From Antedon mediterranea (lineage: Eukaryota; Animalia; Echinodermata): a DNA stretch of 64,000 nucleotides. Where the stretch lies: the NCBI RefSeq assembly GCF_964355755.1, contig NC_092672.1, forward strand, positions 6,262,001 to 6,326,000. Reading direction: 5' to 3'. Made by a program: the position numbers and the translations under genes. The notes below the pieces were generated by a model. It did no database searches, had not been told where the DNA came from, and saw only the letters and a list, made by a program, of their open reading frames with translations. Position 1 is the first letter of the stretch. Every line of letters starts with the position of its first letter. This document shows, piece after piece, positions 52,001-61,000 of this stretch.

Positions 52001-55000
52001 CATAGTAAAGTGTCCCTTTAATAGGGGTCCCTTAAATAGAGGTTTTGAAAGGAGGGGTATTACTGTAGGTGAGGTGAGATTAAGGCAAACAAATTGGGTA
52101 GAACATTTTTAATGAAGATGGTTAATTGATGGTGGGGTATTTAATTGGAAAGAGATATGGACTTAAAAACAAACTAAACAAATTTGTGGGTGAAGACAAC
52201 AATAAATAAAGTATCTAGCCAAGGAGCAATATTCTAACCTCATGCCCAAGAGGACCACTAAAGAAGATGAAAAGTATTGTACTGCATAAAATAAACACAC
52301 CTTGTGCTGCCCCTGATCTGTCCACTGCGTTCTGTTCAGATGTCAGTTTCTCCATCAACCATGGCATCAAGGAGTTGAAACTAGCCTCACCCATTCCTTT
52401 CACCATTGCGCCAAGTGCTCTGGCAGACACTCTGCGTACCTCAGGCACAGGATCCAACAAAGATGCTTTTAATCCTGGTTCCACTGATGGCAAGTATGGA
52501 GCAAGGTCCTTCTGATCAGTGAGCGAGTACATGTTTCCGATAATCTGTGCTGCCATCTTCTTGGTTTCCGTTGTTCGATCCTGAAACGACCTTGCGACCA
52601 CTGGCATGATCAGCGCGAGTGATGGTGCGTCAATAAAATGAATAAACCTAGTTTCCAATAATGCTCTCAAGCATCGTGATGTATTCTTTGACGGTTCGGA
52701 TAATGCACCAAGCAATATTGGAACAATTTCTGAATTTTAAAAAGAAAATTATGGTTAATGTTAATACAATAAATTTAAAGCTAAAAAAAAGTGGGATGTG
52801 CCCGAATATGGTAGTGATATGCTCAAATATGGTAGTGATATGATGTCATATATGGGCACATGACTTTTTTTTGTCACATAAAGTTTGATAGTGTTGACAG
52901 AGTTTTAGAATCACTATACATTTTTTACCTTATCTTGGCTTTGTCAAAACTATATTAAACTGGTTCAGAATTAATAACAAAAAATCCTATTTAAATACAA
53001 GTAAAATCAAGTGAATACTAACGTTGAATTTCTGGATTCCTGATGACAGAGCCAATCTGCTTCAAAGCCTGAGCACCTGCTTTTTGAACTTTGACATGAG
53101 AATCGGTGAGTACTTCCATTAGTTTTGGTACAATGCTTGGTAGACACGACGACAACTGCTTAGGAGCACAGAAGGCCATAGCACCAAGGAGTTCCACAGA
53201 GCCTGCAAGTTAAAGAGAGTATTAAGAAAGTATGGAGCCTTCGATTTGCAAGGACTTGAGTAGGAAAAAGGCATATATTGTGTTGTTTGTCATCACATCA
53301 ATCAAAGGGTCCTGCAAAAACTGAATTAAACTTCTTTATACAGGATCCTTGCCATCAATTATATCCTGTAATTTTAAAGTTATAAACGATGACTAAATAA
53401 ATGAATAAATCCACCAAAAGTGTTTGTCGAGGAATAAATTGAGAAAGTGCATCCCAATCAGAAGCTCCCTATTTAATAACATTGTCGGTTGGTGGTTATT
53501 AAGTATCATTGCTTAATAATCTGAATTCCTGGATTTAACTCCTGGCTACCTGAAAACCATGTGTTTTCTCATGGCCAGAACCAGCACTACAAACAATGCA
53601 TACCTATTTTTGTCCTCCAAGAATCTTCCTCCAGAGCCTTCAGTAATGATGGTAGGATAAGCTTAACACCATGTGCACTGAGCTTACTCATCACAGCTTT
53701 GGCAGTGTCATCAGTGGCCTGATCAAAATAACAAAAATTTACTTATTTAATAACGTGCTTGCCTTCCAATCCCATAGTCCAGGGTTCAATCCTGACGTAG
53801 TGTCAGGGTTGTAACTCACAACACTTTCAACTCCACTCAAATGAGACTTATTTTATAAGCACGATACATTATCAAATAGTTTATCCATCCTGTAATTGGC
53901 TGTTGTATGCGTATGAAATAAAAATAAAATAGTTTTAATTTTGCATCAAGTATGGAGAAAATGTTTTCAGAACAGAATCTATCTTCTTAACTCACTTCAT
54001 GCTAAAGAGTCTACAAATACGGTTAAATCATTTGTTTCATGATTTGTTAAAAGTACCAATGGCTAAATGTCCTATCCAAAGAATAACCCTTGATGGAAAA
54101 GCATCTTCAGGAAGAAAAGGGGAGAGATGGCAGGCCTCATACTCATATTCTCTCATGCATGGTTAAAAGAAATATGGATGGAAATGAATCCATTATCCAT
54201 CCATAACATATTCATATATAACTAGGTTTTTTTTTAAAGTGATTACTTTTCTTGGCCAAGACCACTCCAAAAAAATATGAAAAAAAAGTCCTTACCTGAC
54301 GGACATATTGATTACCATCTCCAAAACAGAGCAAGAGGTGGGGCAGTACATGGACTACATATGGCTCAAACAACCTGCCCAACATGTTACACAGCATCTC
54401 AAAGGCAAACAGTGCACCTAGATGGTGAAACAAATAAAAGGACAAGGGTGTAATGACATATAAACATGTACAACAGTAGCTTAAGAACATAGGCACATCT
54501 GTACTTGCTTATAAACATCCCTGAATAAACTATTGTGATATCTTCCATTCCACACAAAATAAAATACATTGGGGTATTTAAGGGTGCTATCAGATTTTTT
54601 ACTAATATTCAGTTAGGATTGTGTCTATCTGTTTGTTGAGAACTCTGCAGTAGTCTCCATAACTCAATATGCTATTCATGTTTTTAATTCACGATTTAAG
54701 AGAAGTTTGTAATTCCGATGCCTTCACTATTCATACCTGTACAGTATATTATAAATTTTGTGTGTAATTTGTTTTATAAGTATTTTAAATATGTTTTATA
54801 TGGTCTTTTTATATTCTTTCCAAGGAAGACATTTTTCATAATGTAATTTTACATATTTTATGACGAATACAATTTTATCTATCTATCTATCTATCTATCT
54901 TGGGTTAAAATTCCATTTAGATGTTGTACTTATAACAGTCAAAATAGATTCACTTACCTTCCCTTCTTTCAGGATTTTTCTTGTCCTGAATGGCTTCTTC

Positions 55001-58000
55001 TAAAGTACTCATAATTTTCTGTTGCTTCAGAGACAGAATTCCTAAGCCCTTCACGATGCCTGCTAAACCATAAGCTGCTCCCTTCCTTTCTGCGTAATTC
55101 TTTGAGTCCAATAGTAGTTTGAGGAGGCTCTGGATGAGGGCTGGGGCGTCATTCTTGATGGCGGGTATGAGAGGTGGCAAACAGTTAGCTACTGCTTCTT
55201 GTACCTGTTATGACAATTTTCCAGATTTTAAAATAACTATCATAAAATATGTCTCTGTCCGTGTATGTCTACAGTTGGAAAAGTTTTTCTTTTACATATT
55301 ACCATCATGTATATACAATTACGAGGGGAAAATACTACTGGATATATTATGTTATGTGTATATGAACAAAATAACACTATATACTATCACCCTCTCATTC
55401 ACACACAAACGTAGACATACCTTGTTGAGATAAAGTTTGCGGTACACCATGTATATATATATGTACCACAACATTTATATCAACATATTGATTTTGCCAT
55501 GCAAACCTTCAAACAATATATCAGACTATACCTGTTGAGATGGTGTTGACAATGCCTCAATCAACTTGCTGACAATTGGTTTCACTCTTTCGTCTGTTTT
55601 GTCAAGATGTCTAGCCAATGATCCCATCAGGATCACTACACTGTGTCTGATGGCATCATAGTCTGACGAATCTGGTGCTTCATCCAGGAACTGCTGGAAC
55701 ACTGGCAGTAACACAGATACATTTTCCTAAGAAAAAGAATAAATTTGGATAAAGCTCTGTACACTAAACGATTTTCTGAAAGCCCTATCCCATTTTATAG
55801 TGACCGCATTAACCGCAACTCAGCATGGGATACCCTCCTCTCAGACTCTTTTTCTCTGACTCATTTTTTTTATTCAGTTTTTAATGTTTAAATTTTAATA
55901 GGTACTATTTTAATGTATTTTGTAACTAGCAATTTTAAATTGAATAAAATTGATATATCAAATAAGTTTGACAAAAAAAGTGTGATGTGCTCAAATATTC
56001 ATTTAATCATTTCAATGATTATTCATTTGTATACTTTGGACAAAGCCAGACTAAGTGTTTGTAGCAACCAACATTTGAGTACCAGAACTCAAGTCAAACC
56101 AATGAAACATGACTAAAGCTCTGTCTACACTATCAAACTAGTTTGTGCCCAAATATGGTAGTAATATGACATCATCATGTCCATATATGGGCACATCACA
56201 TTTTTTTGTCACATAGAGTTTGATAGTGTAGACAGAGCTCAAGGCATTCGTATTCATAGTTCTTGATGACAGTCTTATTAAGGAACCTTTTAATAGCAAA
56301 AGAATTATTTAAATATTTTCCCAACCTTTCCATGAACCTCCATAATAGCCAGTGCTGCTTGTAACATAAATTTTCGCACATCTTCATTTCGATCTCCTAG
56401 GCCACCAGGAACAAAGAACTTGAAGAGCAGAGGAATAGACTCTTTGCTGTAGTGTGGAGATATCTTGCCAAATGCAAGAGCTATACCAGATCGAGCCATG
56501 TATTCATCTGGAGGAGATTCTGTGACAACTCGGCCTAGAGTATCAAACACAGGAGGTGGAATCTGTAGGGACAGAAATATATCAAGGTTTCACAAACGTA
56601 CAGTGCTGGAGATTGATCAGGCTCCAATAGTCAGTCAGAAGTAGATAGTATATGTATTATTAACAACAGTTATATATATAACTTAAGCTCTGTCTACACT
56701 ATCAAACTATGTGACAACAAAATGTGATGTATGGATAAGGATGATGTCATATCACTACCATATTTGGGCACATCACACTTTTTTTGTCAAACTAGTTTGA
56801 TAGTATGGAAATAGCTTTATATTTTAAAGGTTAGGTTAGTAATCCTTTGGAGTTATTAAGATATAAATTGTTTAATCAATCTTCAATTGACTTACTCTTA
56901 ACTTGTCATCATACAGGTCAAAGAGCGTCTTCAACACTTCTTCCACTTGATCTGGGAATTCATGCAAGGCATTTGCCAAAGCTTCTGAAGCAGCTGTTCT
57001 AATCACCTCTTCAGAGTGGACAATGTCTTTTAGCAGAAGCTGGCAGAGATCTTTATGCACTTCCAGACCAGCTTCTTCCCACAGACTGTAACAAAAAAAT
57101 ATCCAATTATCACGGTGTACAGTAGGTTGCTGAAATAGAGGTGGAATCTACAATATTAAACTGTCTTCATTCTATGGAAGGCAATTTTTTTTTTCCATGG
57201 TGAAATAAAACTATTATACTTCGTCTGCAATATAGAATTCATATATATCTATCTGTGATTTCAGTTTGGAAAAGATCTGCCAACTTTTTGAGTAATCCTG
57301 ATAAACAAACAAACAGACAAACACACACACGCAATTGACGGCATAACCTTGGCAGAGGTAATAACTTAAAATAAAGTTACCTTTCAGCCACCTTTTTAGT
57401 ATGCTCATTAACATCCAATTTGGCTACCCATATCCGTTGGATTACCCTCAACCCGTTGTAGGCATCAGCGTCGATGGTTGGTAACACAAACACCAATGCT
57501 TTCAATGCCTGTAATTTGTATTGAAACAGATTTAAGAAACAGTGACAAGAAATACAAGTGTACCACTCATGTTTTCTTCATTATAATGAGAACTAACTTC
57601 AGATTCTTGTTTTGCTAGTTGTGTAGAATATACATAAACTGTAGTGTAACAATCTTTTAAACTGGATTAGGTTTGTAAAGTTTGAATATTGATCTGATTT
57701 TTTTCATTATATTTCTGGTTTCATTCATTCTACTCATTGCAATATAAAACATTGAATTGAGAGTAAATTACATATACCATTTGTACAATAATAAAAACAT
57801 TAAAATCTCATGTAGAACATCAATAAGTCGAAAAAGCTTTTAAAAACAAAATATCATAGCAAAAAATTACCATACAAAAAGAACAAACAAAATCATTTTT
57901 ATCCCAGCAATAGCACTCTAAGGCTCTGTCTACACTATATAACTAGTTCGACAAAAAAAAGTGTGATGTGCCCAAATATGGTAGTGATATGACATCATCA

Positions 58001-61000
58001 TGTCCATACATGAGCCCATCACATTTTTTTTTCACATAAAGTTTGATAGTGTAGACAGTGCTTAACTCCCCAAAATGGGATTTACATTTGGAGGTTTCCC
58101 ATATTAATAACTTACATGTAGAGCTGATTCTCGTACACCACTACCAGGAGCTTGAAGGGCCAACAGTAGAACATCAATCTCTTCTTGCTCAGCCAGAGTG
58201 CAGCCTTCATCACCACTAGCGCACTTAGCTACCTCAAGTAGAGCTTCACCTGCATCTTCCTGATGTTTGGGAGCACTGACCCCTAAAAGGTATACCAGAA
58301 GATTCAACATTGCTGTACGTGGGAGCAACTCTGGACCATTCTGGAGGGGATAAATGTATAACAAATCAAGAGATTAATTTTCTTACAAAGCAATTTACTT
58401 GTATACACAATAGGTGAGGGCGTGATGCAGAGTGTGATGGACGTTGGATTACTGATCGTGAGATCGAATCTCGCGGCATTGCTTTTGTAACACTGTGCAA
58501 GACACTTTACTTACGTTTTGCTCTCTCCACCCATGTGTAAATGGGTATCCGATTAGGTCAAGACACAACTTTGCGTTGATTGATTACTACCTGGAGTATG
58601 TTTTCAGATGCGTTTGATCCAAAAAATGAGCGAGGTAATAATGTAAAGCGCTTAGAAGCTTTGTGCACTAAGCACTACATAACAACAAATAATATTCATT
58701 TTGAAATATAAATTAAATTAGTTAACTAGTTAATAAGAGTAACTGATAATGAAATAAAAGAAAAAGGATTTACAAACCTCATCCACTGTCTTCCCATCAT
58801 TCTCGAGATTTTCTCGTAGCTTAGCGTGTTCGGTAATAATTTCAATAGCTTGATCCATAACTGAGAGGTCTTTATTGACAGCAATACCACCATTGCGCAA
58901 TACTTTGTTTAACAGTGGAAAGCAAAAGGCAAATGTTGGCGCCAATAATGGCTTTGCTTCTTCTATTGGCGTGACCTCTAACCTTTCATCTTCCTCATCA
59001 TAGTCATGATTCTGGTCTTTAACAATAGTACTTTTGTGTAGGGCGTTGACTGATCTGATTGTCATTTCAACTAGATCTTCCTCGCACCAGTCTTTCGGTA
59101 ATCGACAGGACGGTTCGTAAAGTCGTAGGGTACAGTAGGAAATGGTATTTCCTAAAACAATTTAATAGTTAAATGTTACAAAAGCGTAACAACAAAAATA
59201 ACAAACCTGTTTTTCTTATATTTATGTTATTGGCTGATATCAAGTACATTGTAAATAAAATCGAAACTTCTTTTATTTGAAGGTATCAAAGGCATTTGTT
59301 TTGCAATACCATGTCAAGTTAGGTTAAGAATTCTAAATTGATAGGTTCTTTTTTTCTCATTTTCCGTTTCAGGGTCCAAAGTTAACTGTAGCATATTATT
59401 TTGTTTTTGTTTATATTTAGGCAAATTGCCAAGGATAACCATAAGCGAATTCATTCACTATCCTTCTCAAAGGTGGCAATCAAGACAAATATATACACAA
59501 GATGCTCTACATAAACAAAGTCTTTGGGAGTGGAGTTGTAATTGTGTCCTTAGAAAAAATCCTGACATGTGACAGGACTTTAATTGGATTAGTAGCCAAG
59601 CATCATAACCACCAAGCCACAAATCTGTAGTATACATACTCACCAATAGAATTCAACTGTGACTGATCAAAGGCACAGTTCCTCAACATCAGGAAGATAT
59701 CAACAGCATGTGGTGCTGCAAGAGGAGATGGCATCAGACTCAGAAGCTTCCCCAGCATGGCAGGAATGTGACGCCGAAGACCGGTAGAGTTGCCATCGAC
59801 GCAAGCACTCATCAAGCGTGAGACGCAGACTAGCTCAGAGTCACACTAAGGGAAGAGAACAAGGTATGTAAGTTGGAGAATAATGCCAGAGTAACATGGA
59901 AATAAGAGGATGGAATGCGAGGAATTCTTTAACCAAAAAATCAAGATGACCTACCTCTTTGAGTCTATCACGAATGATCTTTTCTCGTTGTAAATTGGTA
60001 GCCAGAACTTCTTGTTCTTTCTTGCTTAGCTTTCTCTCCTCTTTAATTCCTTTCGCTGCCTTCTTTCTAGCAATTTCCTGAAAGACAAAAGAACAGGCAC
60101 GGATGGAGTTTGTTATCAAGTGCCTAAGCTAATAATAGTAACCCACTACTCTAATAGTAACCAACCCTAAAACGCAACTAGAATAATAACTCATGGTTAA
60201 TATTAAAGGCTTTATAGTACATGCATGTACATAATCAGAACACATCATTCCTGATTATAATGGTACTGGTTCAGGTAACCGTCTACATAGAGACATCTGG
60301 TAGCCATTGACATCAAGTTTGCATTTAGATTTTAATGCTACTTTTAAGTGTACACAATATTTTTGTTTTGTTTTTTGAGAGTGACATACCACAATATTGA
60401 AATAAATTACACAAAGTAGTCAGTAATATACAGTAGAACCTTTATTTTACGTACGGTACGGGACCGAAAGGCGTACGTAAAACAAAGGATTCGTAAAATC
60501 AAGGTTGACCTTAAATTGACCCCAAATACATAGAGATCGTAGCTAGCCGTATTTGCCTACTTCTGTACAGTATGCAGGCTGAGGTGGTCACTAGCTAGGC
60601 CTAGGCCCTAGACTATTCAGGCTAGGCTAGCAGGCCTAGCAAGATGTAAGGCCTAACTAGAAAAGTACAGTATATACAGGCTGTGCGATGTTTAAATAAA
60701 GTGTAAAATATAATTGTTTTCTATCAATAAAAACAGTCGCTGCTTTAGGGGGAATGCACGTGCGTAGTTTGTCCCACCAAAGAATATATATCACAAGAAT
60801 GAGTATTCCGCGATTTTTGCATGAGAAATTTGTAACAGAGAGCTCCAGTGAGTGATGCCCGCCCTCATAAGGGCGGATGTATACATACTAAATAAGACTT
60901 GATTTAATAGACATGATACATGTCACATTAAATAGAATTATGATGATAGTTTTTGCAATTGTAAACTACTTTATAATACATATTTATTAACAAACTAGTG

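Noticed and set aside
51827-52112. Two similar ORFs starting [14 protein letters not shown]
   Set aside because: Translations of the 82-bp tandem repeat
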